Source: Ascidiella aspersa (lineage: Eukaryota). From it: a DNA stretch of 64,000 bases. The DNA is taken from assembly GCA_963924565.1 (NCBI GenBank), contig OZ004607.1, forward strand, positions 2,480,001-2,544,000. Direction: 5' to 3'. Both the position numbers and the translations under genes were made by a program. Positions 38,339-50,718 of the stretch are shown in pieces. Each line of letters starts with the position of its first letter. The stretch's first letter is position 1. The notes beneath the pieces are model-generated. The model was not told the origin of the DNA, searched no databases, and worked only from the letters and a program-made list of their open reading frames with translations.

Positions 38339-39082
38339 ATGTCAAAGCACGAAGGGTATTTTGTAAGTACAAAGCTGAAAAAGGAGAGCGATGATGGATT
38401 TTGTGATGATTCTGTTGAAACAATAACAAATTGTTCATTACAAGAACATCAACCTGTAAGTGAAGAGTCCGATTGTGAAGCACTAAGTTACTTGAATCAA
38501 ATGAATGCTACGGAAGATCAAAGCAATAGTCTTTCAACACAGAATACAGAGTTTCGCTGTCACATTTGCGAAAAGTGTTTCAAATATCGTTACAAACTAA
38601 AACAGCATTTGACTGGATTTCACTTCAAGAAACATAAATGCAAGGTTTGCGGGAAAATGTTTGGCAGAAATAACGACCTTGAAATCCACGTGCGAACTCA
38701 CACCGGAGAAAAGCCCTTTACATGTGCTTATTGCGATAAATGTTTCAACCATGCTCAAACCTTGAAATACCACGAACGAACTCACACTGGGGAAAGACCA
38801 TATCAGTGCAAATATTGTGGAAAATGTTTTACTCGATTGTCACATCTCAAAACACATAATAATATACACACTGGGGAAAGACCATACAAATGTAAAGTTT
38901 GTGGAAAATGTTTTAGCCATACAGGAAGTCTTACATATCATGAAAGGATTCACACTGGAGATAAACCTTACAAATGCAAAGAATGTGGAAAGTGTTTTAG
39001 CCGGACATCACTTCTTACTAAACACAAAAGAACTCACTCTAAAGAAGAAACCTTTCAAAACAAAACTTGTGATCAGTTTTGA
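38339..39082 (+). CDS. C2H2 zinc-finger protein, 6 fingers, full acidic leader (ZNF-F)
   Basis: Acceptor TTCCAG ~13 nt upstream; AAAATG start; open ORF. Confidence 0.93.
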   Translation: MSKHEGYFVSTKLKKESDDGFCDDSVETITNCSLQEHQPVSEESDCEALSYLNQMNATEDQSNSLSTQNTEFRCHICEKCFKYRYKLKQHLTGFHFKKHKCKVCGKMFGRNNDLEIHVRTHTGEKPFTCAYCDKCFNHAQTLKYHERTHTGERPYQCKYCGKCFTRLSHLKTHNNIHTGERPYKCKVCGKCFSHTGSLTYHERIHTGDKPYKCKECGKCFSRTSLLTKHKRTHSKEETFQNKTCDQF

Positions 39083-39853
39083 ATCGCACAGACAATTATT
39101 CCTGGAAAAATTTTTTCTAATATATTAAACGTAGAAATTGCTTTACAGAAAATAAAACACCACAATGGTCGTACTTATATATAAAATAAAACTGTAATTT
39201 AAAGGAAATGGAAATATTTGCGAGCTTCGAACATAAGAGAGCCGCAAATGGCCTGCGAGCCTCAGTTTTCCAACCTCTGTAAATGTATGTTTATTTGTAT
39301 CTGAATTAAAAACTGCGAACAACTAAGAAAGACAGTGGAGATAGTTTCATCCATATGTTTCCTACATCAAATTTTCCACTCCAATCCTAGCTTGAACATA
39401 TACCAGTTATCCGTTACATAAAAAACAGTCTTCCGTTACGTAATGCCGTCCATGCGTTTCATAAAACCAACCATGCGTATATAAACCATGCGTGACGTTT
39501 GGAACTCAACAAAACGGAAGTTTTTGGTTGTACAAGTTGTGCTATGTTCACTTAGTTGTACTTCTGTATTGCGTGAAGTGAATGGCAGTAATTTAAATTC
39601 GAGCTGCATAATTTTCCTATGGTATTTGTGTGGACATTACAGCATTATTGCTGGTAAGTATCAGTGGAAGCAAGTTAAGCATAGTTTAAGCAGCATGATT
39701 AGTTGTTAGTAACTTGTATGTGTTCACTTCGAGAAGCATCTTGAATTGAATTAAAAATAAATACAGAAAACGTGACCAACCATTCAAATATAATAATAAG
39801 AATAAGAGCATTTGAAAAGCAGCATCGAAAACTCGAGCAGCCACTGATTAAAC

Positions 39854-40230
39854 CAGTGTTTCTGAACCTTTTTAGCGCTCGTACCCTTTGAGCTTTCATA
39901 AACTTTTCTCGTACCCCTTGCCTACAATGGTCGACGGAAGTAAAGAAAATTGTAATATTAGGAATTAAACTCAGTGTATTTATAACTTACGCGCTGAATA
40001 CATGCAATAAATACATTCTTGTAAGTCTAACAATATTTACAACACACAAACAATCAGACAATTTACTAATGGCTATTTGTTGTTGCTTTACGTAAATTAG
40101 CGCATAATGTCACGCTGCATGTCGTACCCCCTGCTTTGGTGCTTCGTACCACTAAGGGGTACACGTACCCCCTGCTTTGGTGCTTCGTACCACTAAGGGG
40201 TGCACGCACCCCCCTGGTTAAGAACCCCTG
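39854..40230. mobile_element. hAT MITE
   Basis: Perfect TSD GATTAAAC; GTACCC repeats; empty site at 12916; internal 41-bp tandem duplication. Confidence 0.92.
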
Positions 40231-40863
40231 GATTAAACCTTCTTTTGTTGGTCACGCTGTGCTGCTACGCTCTAGTAAGTTTGCCTGAGGCTTTTGTGAG
40301 ATTACTTAGATCAGGGTGGTCCAATCCTAGGCCCGCGGGCCACATGTGGCCCGCAACATCATTGTTCGTGACCCGCGAACAGTGTTGAACCATTGCAATC
40401 AGGGGCGCCCGCAGAAAATTTTCCAGGGGGGGCAATCAGGGGCGTAACCAGAAAATCAAAAAATGGTCCTGAAATTTCAACTTAGGGAATTCCCCCTTTT
40501 CCGCCTGATGTTAATGAATAATGACGTCATTGAAATAGTGACAGTATGACGTCATAGAATGGTAATTGCAAGCCGATAGAAAAAAACCAGAAACAGCCAA
40601 ATACGTCCAGCAATAGCGAGCACGTGCGTCATTGACAATCCTGTCAGGCGCCAGCTGCGAAACCACAGTGTGCAAGCGTTAACTTTAGGGAAAAAACAAA
40701 CCAAGACCTTAAAATATGTGTGTTTAATTGTGGTAGAATAATACATAATTCGACTATCAGCAGCGCAGTTTTCAAGTTCCATGAACGGAACAAAAAAAGA
40801 AATAAGGTTTGACTTAGCGTTGTCAATTGTCGAATACACACTTGCGAATCAGTCAACCTAAAC

Positions 40864-41589
40864 CAGCGCTTCTCAACCAGTGGGGGCCATAAAAACATTT
40901 GAGGTGGGCCACAGACCAATTTAAAAAGCTAGATTTAGTTTCATTTGTGTCATTGTATTTAATTTTAAAGGAATAATGGTTTGGCAGAAATTAAAAAGGA
41001 ATGTAAACTTATTGTTCAGCCGCAAGTATCTCACTAATGCACGGTTGATTAAATAATCTGTTTTGAAATATGTTCTGCTGTGTTTTGTTCTAAACCAGGG
41101 ATGGCACGCGACCTAATAAAAAATGGCACGCAAGCCCTCCTAAAATAGGCTACTTAATTTGTTATTCACCCAATTGTCAAAAAATACTTTATTTTGTACA
41201 GTAAATTGCTAATTTTTTATACAGTAAAATCATTCTAATAGTATAACAATATATTGTAGTGGAGGCTAGCATTTACATAACTATAAAGTTTGGTGTGAGG
41301 AAACAAGAAGCAAAATTCAGCTCACGGACGGACAGTTTGTTGCAGTAATGCGCACTGCTATACGTATTTATTGTTTTTAAAAATGCGCTTTTATTATTAG
41401 AAAGTATTAGTTACTAAACTTTGGCACGGGAAGAAGTTATAGGATAAAAATTGGCACGCCGGCATGATTGAGTTGGACACCCCTGTTCTAAACCTATTTT
41501 AAAGGTTTTTCTTTCATAAAAATTCTATTGGGCCACAGAATTTTTTTGCAACGTACATGGGCCACGAAAAAAAAGGTTGAGAACCACTG
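40864..41589. mobile_element. Nested hAT MITE (same family as 46341-46695)
   Basis: TIRs CAGCGCTTCTCAACC/GGTTGAGAACCACTG; perfect TSD ACCTAAAC. Confidence 0.92.
41096..41485. mobile_element. hAT MITE nested in 40864-41589
   Basis: CAGGG...CCCTG termini, TGGCACG repeats, perfect TSD TTCTAAAC. Confidence 0.9.
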
Positions 41590-41812
41590 ACCTAAACAAA
41601 CAACGAAAGAGAAAAACTATCCAGCGTTTACGGTCGACCAAACTAAAAACGAAAAACGGCGTTTTGCGCTTGATTTTGGCTTATTGTTTTTGCAACTTAT
41701 GAACGATAAATTATATCTCGCTTCTGGAACGAATTGTTTCACAGGATTTTACTGCGACTAAAATGCTAACGCCCTGACCATTTACATGTTTGTTAAAAAA
41801 AACATTCTACGC

Positions 41813-44800
41813 CAGGGGTTCTTAAACTGCACTGTCATTCGATTAAACACCAAAATTAAACACCTGAAATGGGCGAAAATGTAACATGTTTAAAAATAAA
41901 CATGTTTAAATTTCAGGTGTTTAGACGTTTTGCCGTTTATTCGGTCAGGTGTTTAGAGCTAGTATTCAGTGTTTCCAAATCAATTCCACAAAAATTTCAT
42001 TGGGTTAACCATTTTATTGCGCGAAAAAGGTGAAAAACAACAAATAGCTCAACACAGTAACAGTTTTAAAAAATGTAAAACTTGGAAAAGAAAACTCTAC
42101 GTAAAAAATTAAAAGCTCATTTCAGAAATGAAGAGGTAGGAAAACTGAAAACATATATAATACACAAAATGACATGTTGGAATTGGGTACAATGAAAGTG
42201 TTAAGAGAAAAAGTAAATAAAAGCAACAAAAGATATATATTTTTTAATATTTATAATTTTCTATACGTGGGTTGTTTAAAAACATATATAAACACAGGGC
42301 AACTGGATGTATAACTTAAATACTGGGCATATTAACAGACTCAAATAGCAATAAACTCAACCTAACAATTTATTCGACAAGTGTTGTTTTTCCACTTATT
42401 TAACGTTCATTCCATCCACTAATATACAAATGCAGAAATGCTGCTGTGTCGTTCGAAAGGTTCACTCAGTAAAGGCCTCGAAGAGTTTTTCTTTTTAGAA
42501 GACAAGTTGAGCACGGATGCCTAAGAAATAAAATATACTTTGATAAATTTTATGCAATGAATAAAATTATATGCTGTCACAGAGTAGAACAACTCTTTTT
42601 GCTAAACCTCATAAAATTTACAAATTTACTCAGCAGAACCATTACATGTCATGTCATAAAATATGTTTTAGTCTGTCACTAATCAATACGAAAACATATT
42701 CTTATGACATGTACTATAAGTATAAGGCAATGCAGTCTTTTGGAAACATAGCATTAGGAAATGTATTATTTATGTTACACAGTGACCCAATGACAATTAA
42801 ATCTCTATTTTTAATTATGTATCTACCACAAATTTAAAAATTAGATAAAAACTTAGAGTAATCACCTTGTGTATCAATTTTAGGAGTTTTATACTCTTTT
42901 GTTGTTTTCCGCTTGAACTTTTCCTGGGCTTGAATTTTACCATCTTACACTTTGCAATTAAAATTCCTGTAAATAAATAAAACAAATCTAATTAAAATAT
43001 ATAATTCTATTGAAGGGGTCAGTAGTGTACCAAAAGTACTACAGATTAAATTCTACATTTAAAGATGGAATGTAAAACTAAAACAATGGAAATGATAAGC
43101 TAAAACACATATTGAAGTACTTCAGAAATTTTGTAAAGATTAAAAAAACATCAAAAATGGTGAAAATGAATATTATTTAACATATATTTTAGTGTTCTAT
43201 GATAAATCGTTTAGAGTAATAGTCTAAAAAATATATATTATTCGATTAGGAAAAGCAAACAGTTCTCCCCGTTGGCTTCTAAAACTAAAAGATAAAAGCG
43301 AAATTTAAATAAAGGGACAATATAAAACCTGTTTTAAAACTAAATTTATGTAAAACAGGTAATCAAAATTTACTTACATTTTCACAGTTAATCTTCTATT
43401 AACGAAGTTGTTTTTGAAGTCGAAAATAGCAAATGGTTTGGTGTAATTGATCGCCCTGAAACAAAGCAGTGTAATCTAAAAAACTTTATTAATTATTAAT
43501 CTATTAAAAGCATACTTAATTATTTTTAGCAGAACATTTAAATTGCTATTTAAGTTTAAAAAATGGCATACACACCTTGACTGTTTCGCTTAATCCTTTC
43601 ATGTCTACAAAGTGTAAGCAACAAACCATCATGAAATAGACTTTTATAACTTTCATTGCTTTAGGATTTATAAATAAAAAAATTCTGAAACAAAAATCCA
43701 CTTTTAGTCATTTCGCTTGAAAATTTCTTTTTAACATACATTTCACATCCTAGACCTGTCAGTCTAGCACAGCTAATGAAACATTATTATTGCTATACGC
43801 ATTTATCAACAAGCAAATTACAATAAATTTTATATAGAAATCATCACTATACACATTAGTATTTGTTTAACCACAATTTCAGTAACTCGAAAGCCAAATT
43901 ACGCAAAAACGGCTTTAACTGTAATGTATAACTTGTACCAGTTTAAACCTTTTTCACTCACTGTTCAAACTGTCGCGCCTTTCGTCACAGGCCAGTGAAT
44001 GTTCATCGGACCGAATCAATTTCAAATAATTTAACTCATGAATTCATTTGTGTATTTTTTATGTATAATATAACATAAATTTTGTTTCAAAACATAACAC
44101 ATTACTATAAATAGTTAAAATATATCTTAAATCAATACTTACTAATTGTCTTTTCGTCGCGCGTTCTTTATCTTTGTCGTGAATTAAGTAGGTCATGGCG
44201 GCACAAAACCACACAGTCTCGCTTAGTACTTTAGTTCAAAGTTATTCGCAAGCTACATTTATGAAATTAAATATTCGCCAAACAAATGTTAAGTTAGGAA
44301 ACTATGATTTAAGTAGTTTTGTTGTGATCTTTTACGACCTTACATGCCAACTTGTATATTTAAATAGTGGACAAAATCGATAGACGAAATCTTTCATAAA
44401 ACAACCAATCAGTGCTTTAAAATAGCTTTAACCTCTCACCAACATCGCCACACATCAACATAAATGTCTGCAGCAATAAATATACAAGAATGCATCGAAA
44501 TAAACATGTCTAATAATTGACGTGTTGAAATATCAGGTGTTTAATCGTCAACATGTTTAAAATCGTCATTTGTGCTTGAAATCTCCCAATATTCGTTGTT
44601 AAACACGTCAAAATATCAGGTGTTTAGCAAAAAAACGTTCAGGTGTTTATAATTTAAACATCAAAACTAAAATTAAACACGAAGGTGTTTAAATTAGGTG
44701 TTTAAGTGTTTAGATTTTAAACGTGTATAGACCGTTTTGGTGTTTAAGTTTAAACACCGTTCTGACAGTGTGGGGTACATGGACCCCTTGGGGGTCTGTG

Positions 44801-45048
44801 AACTTATTTTAGGGGGTACATGAAGGCCAAATTAAAGTGAAAAATTAAAGTAAAAAGTTTAAATTAAAAATCAAACGTTTTAGCAATGTATTTAGACCTT
44901 ATTTTATCATCAGCATATTTTAAAGTCTATTTTTATTTTAACGTCAATTAATGACATCATCTCTGAATATTTCTCGCCTACCGTGGGCAACACAAAGCCA
45001 AAAACAAAAATTTAGGGGTCCGCGGTGAAAAAAGTTTAGGAACCCCTG
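41813..45048. mobile_element. Nested hAT MITE split by a CACTA-like element
   Basis: CAGGGGTTCTTAAACT/AGTTTAGGAACCCCTG TIRs; TSD TTCTACGC/GTCTACGC. Confidence 0.88.
41830..44770. mobile_element. Non-autonomous CACTA/CMC-like transposon (2.9 kb)
   Basis: CACTGTCA...TGACAGTG TIRs, 2-bp TSD TG, many subterminal AAACAC/GGTGTTT repeats. Removing it restores the host MITE end AAACTGTGGGGTAC. Confidence 0.85.
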
Positions 45049-46077
45049 GTCTACGCATATAAACTGCAGTCTTCTAAATTTAAAGTTTTATTAAATACGC
45101 ACAATTTTGCCTGTCTCATTATCACTCGATTTCAGTTGCGCACAAGTTCAACGAAGCAGCAAGTTTATGGAGCTTATATGTCTTTCGACGTAACTTTTTG
45201 ATGATGTTTTGTGGCGTCATCTTTAAAAAATTATCATTCATCCACCCCTGGTACACACGTAGCACTTTATGTGGCCCGCAATGCTGTCAACCTTGGACCA
45301 CCCTGACGTAGATCAAGTGATTGAGCTAATGTTGTTGGACGATTAGAGCTCCTACTCTTATGCAAAAGTATGTTTTATTGGCAGTAAACCGCAGCAACAT
45401 GTCACAGTGTAAATAAATAGGAGCTATTTTATTATGATATTATGTGACAGAAAATTAGAAAAATTAAAATTTTGCAACTTGCATGTAACTTTTACAATCG
45501 GTAGAGCATTATGTAAAGGTTTCAACCTTTCTTATAGTTGAATCAACTAGGACCACATGCGACTCTGTTAGTCTGTGTCGCGTTATATTTGTGTTTTTTT
45601 TTTCAGTTGTTTGTGTCAAAGAACTAAAAAAAAACATATTCAAGAAAATTTAATAGCTAGTTTTATAAACGCTTATCAGAGAACCTATTCACCGATATTT
45701 TTATAAGTATTCGACTTAGGAAGAATCACTCATATTTTATTGCAGTTTGTATTGCTTTCGCGTTTCATTTTATATTTGTGTTTTTTTTCAGATGTTCAGT
45801 GCAGATTTTCTTAAGTTACTAATGTTAGCATTGCCATTTTTAAATCGAATAACTAGATATTAGAAGCTTTTAGTTATCTAATATCCAATGGTTTATAAAC
45901 GTAAAGTCGTTTAATTATCCCCCATATAATAAGTGTGATTTGTGAATAACACACAAATAAGAAAGTAAAGAAAAGTGGCTCTTTTTTTGCGAATGAGCTA
46001 AATAAAGGAATGTAGATCTTTGCGCATAATACATTAAGTTATAAGTACGAAACTTGTTTTTGTGGATAATACATCTT

Positions 46078-46283
46078 TAGGTTTAGATAGTGTATCTCTC
46101 CACGTTTCCTTTTTTCTGACGTCTGCCTTAACAATATATATATATACACTTACAATCTGTGACTTCTCTCTATGTAGAAAATGAATAAAGATTTATTCGA
46201 AACGTTCAAAATGATATCTACTTCTGTATGGGCTTTGATATTCTTATTACGTCTTACTACAACCTCCAACCATTATGCTCCAA
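46078..46283. mobile_element. Short insertion of an unclassified dispersed repeat
   Basis: Flanked by ACATCTT direct repeats; absent from the paralog at ~13515; a rearranged copy lies at 6166-6270. Confidence 0.55.
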
Positions 46284-46340
46284 ACATCTTAAACTGTTGC
46301 TCAAAATTTGCTAATTATCTTGCGATAATTGCGTCTAGTA

Positions 46341-46695
46341 CAGCGGTTCTCAACCAGTGGGCCACGGCTCACTGGTGGGCCATAAGAACATTTTAGGTGG
46401 GCCACAGACCAATTTAAAAAAGATAGATTTATTGAACAATTTAGTTTAATCTCGATCACTATGCTAAGTATACCTAATTTTACAGGAATATTGGGGAGGA
46501 ATTAAGAAGAAATGTAAATGACACGGAACTTTATGTTCAGAAGCACGTACCTCACTAATACACGGTTGAATAAATAATCCGTTTTGACATATGCTCCGCT
46601 ATTTTTTTGCTATAAACATTTTTTATAGTTTGTTCTTTCATCAAAATTATTGGGCCATAGAACTTTTGTGCAACGAAAAAGGTTGACAACCACTG
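46341..46695. mobile_element. hAT MITE
   Basis: Perfect TSD GTCTAGTA; empty site GTCTATTA at 13561. Confidence 0.93.
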
Positions 46696-47177
46696 GTCTA
46701 GTACGTAACACGCTTTCTTTTTACTGCTGTTAATGCTGTAGTTTTTTTTTATTGTTAACTACTTGTGTTGCCGGCTGATTTAGTAGTTGTTAAACATTCG
46801 TTAACGAAAAATTCTAATTGCAGATAAGAGTGTTGTAAATGTTAATGTCGATAATTACGCCACTGCTCCTATAATTAAATTGCTAGAATGTTAGTTTTAG
46901 TATTTCATTTACTGATTTTGTTTGTATTCAGAAACCAAACTAAGAAATGTGTTTCTTTGTAGATGCGCAAAATACAGTAAGTTCAAAGTAAGGAATGTTT
47001 TTTGTGTAGAATACAGTAATTTACAAGTAATGAATGTGGCTCTTTGCAAAGTACTATTACTACAGAATTGTGTTGTGTTTTAATAGTTTAACTGCCTTGT
47101 TTTATTTTTGACACAACATAGGTTTGATAATACCATGATTAAATATTGGCTAATTTTTAATGTTTAGCAGAGAAAAT

Positions 47178-47510
47178 ATGTCAAACTGTGAGTTTAAATT
47201 TGCGTCGAAAGATTTAAAATATGAGAGCGATGATGGATTTTTTTTGAAGAATGTGGAAGATGTTTTACTCAATTAGGTGGTCTAAAAGTGCATGAACGAA
47301 TTCACACTGGAGAAAAAACCCATAAGTGCAAACATTGTGAAAAATCTTTTCGTCAGTTAAGTGCTCTGAGAGTTCATGAAAGGATTCATTCAAGAGAAAA
47401 CCTAATGAATGTAAAGAATTTAGAAAATGTTTTGTTCAATTAAGTCGTATAAAAGTTGATAAACGAAGATAATCCATATGTAAAGAATGTGGAAAATGTT
47501 TGGCTCAAAA
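47178..47510 (+). pseudogene. ZNF pseudogene (paralog of ZNF-B) with internal deletion
   Basis: MSNCEFKFASKDLKYESDDGFF* fused out of frame to two fingers, then decayed fingers. Confidence 0.88.
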
Positions 47511-48515
47511 GAAACACAAATTTGTTCAATGCAATAAGTAGTTAGGTATATCTTATGTGGACAATGTAAATCGTTCTCTTAAAATACTTTTTTTTAAACA
47601 AAATAAAACTATTTATTCTGTAAAACTACAAAACAATTAACTTGTATCACCTAAATATTATGGCATACAACACTTTAATCGGCAAAATAAACGTGTAAAG
47701 TTCCTTAAACGTTTTTTTAGAATTATTTAGGGTCAAAGTATAACTTTTTTCTGAACTATAAACAGCTTGCTAAGTGCACATCACACAGTTACTTCGTCGG
47801 GGAAGGATTCCTTTGTCTCCATTTGTCCCTGGTTTTTACTTGATGATGAAACTGCCGATTCGAATTAATATAATATACATACATAACTATGCAAAAAGTT
47901 AAACAGCTAAGAAAGACATTGGGGAAAAGTTTACGTTAATATCTTTCCAGCATCAAATTTTCCACTCCAATCCTTGGTGGTACCTAAAAGATAAAACCAG
48001 CCATGCGTTTGGGGCTTGAGAAAATAGAAGTTATTGGTTTAGATCGCACTTCTGTAAGTAAGCCTGCGGTGGCATATCGTTTTACACAGTGAGATTAAAG
48101 TGTTGCTTTGAAACACATGGCAGTTAGTTTTAGATGACGTTATATTTTAAAGTGGAAATGAGTCACAATCATAATTACAACATCTAGGCAACAGTTTTAA
48201 CCGTTGTAAAGCAACACAGATGAAGCACTATAGGACACGCGTTTCGCCAGTTATATATGTGTATGGTTGTTTACATTGTTGGGAAGTGTGATGCTAATTA
48301 GTGGAAGCAAGTCAAGTATTAATTTAAACAGCAAAATTAGTTGTTATTGGCTTATATGTGCTTGGGTTAGGGAAGCATCTTAAATTGTCGCAAACACTTC
48401 CCAATTTAATAATAAAAATAAGAGCATTTAAAGCTAATGCAGTTCTTGGAAGTAAACTGTAGAAAAATGCAACATGGAAACAATTAGGAGCTATTTTATT
48501 ATACTTAGTATTTGA

Positions 48516-48691
48516 TGTAACAAGCAATTTCCTGAGTTGCTTCACCCTCCGCTCTTCTATCTAGCGGTAAACCTCCCTGTTTAATCACTGGCCTAACTGA
48601 TTATGTTTTAATAAAACACCAGGTTGTCCCATTAGATTCACTTAAATCCCTTTTCAAGCGTCTGATTTAAGCTCGCCCAAAAAAGGTAACA
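48516..48691 (+). mobile_element. Possible LTR remnant
   Basis: TGTAAC...GTAACA termini and internal AATAAA, at a break in paralog homology; no TSD found. Confidence 0.3.
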
Positions 48692-48974
48692 CGGTGTTCG
48701 ATGCGGTCTGCTGCGCAAGAATGCACAAATGTAGCATCGGGGTGTGGCGGGCTAGCTTAGATCGACTGGCAATTGTTGCTGTGCAATATCACGCGTCAAA
48801 CTAGCGCAAACAAGGTTTCTGTACATTGAAGTTATGTTTAGCTATTGCATTGATTTTACAGTAGATGTTAGTAAGGTTTTTTTACTATGTTAGCCACAAA
48901 CAGTTCATTCCACCTTATATCTAACTGATTAGCGGTTGTCAATAATAGTAAAAAGCAGCAAAAGTTGTTTAAGT

Positions 48975-49053
48975 GAGGCTGCTACTCGACTTGGTAGACC
49001 AGAGCGACGGTCCATGCTTGACCGAGGTAGTGAGTTTAAACCTCACCGCATAA
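48975..49053 (+). mobile_element. tRNA-derived SINE head
   Basis: Anticodon-like stem CGGTC-7nt-GACCG; T-arm GTGAG-TTTAAAC-CTCAC. Confidence 0.55.
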
Positions 49054-49665
49054 ATATTTCTTTAGCCTGTCTTTCTTGCAATATAATCCTGAAAAGCGGC
49101 TGGACTTAATAATATTAAAAGAGCAGCAAAAGTTGTTAGGTCCAAGCACATTTAAACCACGAACATGTAAATTTAGTTGATTCTGGACTCTGAAGGCAAA
49201 TATTAGTTGTAAGCTGCTCGCCTGAAATAAACTGTTAAAACGACGACGTGAAACTAACAATATTGACTGTGCGAAGCGATATAGAAATGAATTATAACAA
49301 TGAGAAAGTGCAGAAAATCCTAATGATCGTAAACAGATCGATTTCATAATGCTTGATTTTCCCGTTTTATTTTTTCGCCCTGTATGCGCTTAGCTGCGCA
49401 AGACTGTAGGAAATATAACAAGCCTCAAGAATGTGGCGAGCCAATTTAGCGTTGTAGTTCCATTGGTATCACACCTAGTACTTACGCACTAAAAAGTTTT
49501 TTATGTCTGCTTTAAATCTTGTCAACTAGTGGGTTTGGATAGGCCAAGCTATCATTTCCACATCTTATTGTAGAAGATCAGCAGTAAGTTATTTTAACGT
49601 AAGTTTATTTTTCAGTATTTGATAATTTGTTGGGATTTAAAAAAAGTTTCAGAAAATAAAAAAAC

Positions 49666-50718
49666 ATGTCAACCCGTCACAACGTTTTGTTTGCGATGGA
49701 TCGGATAAAAGATTGTGGAGAGGACAAAACAAATATCAGAAAAGAACAAAGCAAGAATCAAACAACTACAGAGTTCAGATGTCACGTTTGCGAAAAGCGT
49801 TTTAAAAATATTTCCGTCTTAAAATATCACTTATCAAAGGTTCACTTCAAGAAACACAAATGCAAGGTTTGTGGGAAACTGTTTGGTGAAAATTACCACT
49901 TTAAACGCCACGTGAGAACTCACACTGGAGAAAAACCCTTTAAATGTGCTTCTTGCGATAAATCATTCAACCGAGCTCAAACTTTGAAAGTACACGAACG
50001 AATTCATACTGGCGAAAGACCCTATGTATGCAAAGTTTGTGGAAAGTGTTTTGCCCAGGCAGGACATCTTAAAGAACATGAAAGAATTCATACTGGAGAA
50101 CGACCTTATGAATGCAAAGAATGTGAAAAATGTTTTAGTAATGCCGGAGATCTTAAAGAACATGAAAGAATTCACACTGGTGAAAAACCCTACAAGTGTG
50201 CTTATTGCGCTAAACGCTTTAATCGAGCTCAAAACTTAAAAGTACACGAACACATTCACACTGGAGAAAGACCCTTTGTATGCAAAGTTTGTGGAAAGTG
50301 TTTTACCCATGCAGGAAGTCTTAAATATCACGAAAGAATTCACACTGGAGAAAAACCTTACAAATGTAAAGAATGTGCAAAATGTTTTACCCATGCAGGA
50401 AGTCTTAAATATCATGAAAGAATTCACACTGGAGAACGACCTTATAAATGCAAAAAATGTGGACAATGTTTTACCCATGCAGGAAATCTTAAATCTCATG
50501 AAAGAATTCACACTGGAGAACGACCTTATGAATGCAAAGAATGTGGAAAATGTTTTACCCATGCAAGAAGTCTTAAATATCATGAAAGAATTCACACTGG
50601 AGAACGACCTTATGAATGCAAAGAATGTGGAAAATGTTTTAACCAGGCAGGAAGTCTTAAAAGACATAAAATGACGCACTCTAAAGAAGAAAGCTTTAAA
50701 AACAAAACGTGTGGTTAG
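49666..50718 (+). CDS. C2H2 zinc-finger protein, 11 fingers, shortened leader (ZNF-G)
   Basis: Open ORF; acceptor TTTCAG at ~49652; fingers 7-10 near-identical (THAGSLKY type). Confidence 0.93.
   Translation: MSTRHNVLFAMDRIKDCGEDKTNIRKEQSKNQTTTEFRCHVCEKRFKNISVLKYHLSKVHFKKHKCKVCGKLFGENYHFKRHVRTHTGEKPFKCASCDKSFNRAQTLKVHERIHTGERPYVCKVCGKCFAQAGHLKEHERIHTGERPYECKECEKCFSNAGDLKEHERIHTGEKPYKCAYCAKRFNRAQNLKVHEHIHTGERPFVCKVCGKCFTHAGSLKYHERIHTGEKPYKCKECAKCFTHAGSLKYHERIHTGERPYKCKKCGQCFTHAGNLKSHERIHTGERPYECKECGKCFTHARSLKYHERIHTGERPYECKECGKCFNQAGSLKRHKMTHSKEESFKNKTCG

Larger units (their letters stand above)
40312..45305. mobile_element. Outer hAT MITE hosting nested insertions
   Basis: CAGGGTGGTCCAA/TTGGACCACCCTG TIRs; TSD ACTTAGAT/ACGTAGAT. 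Confidence 0.85.
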
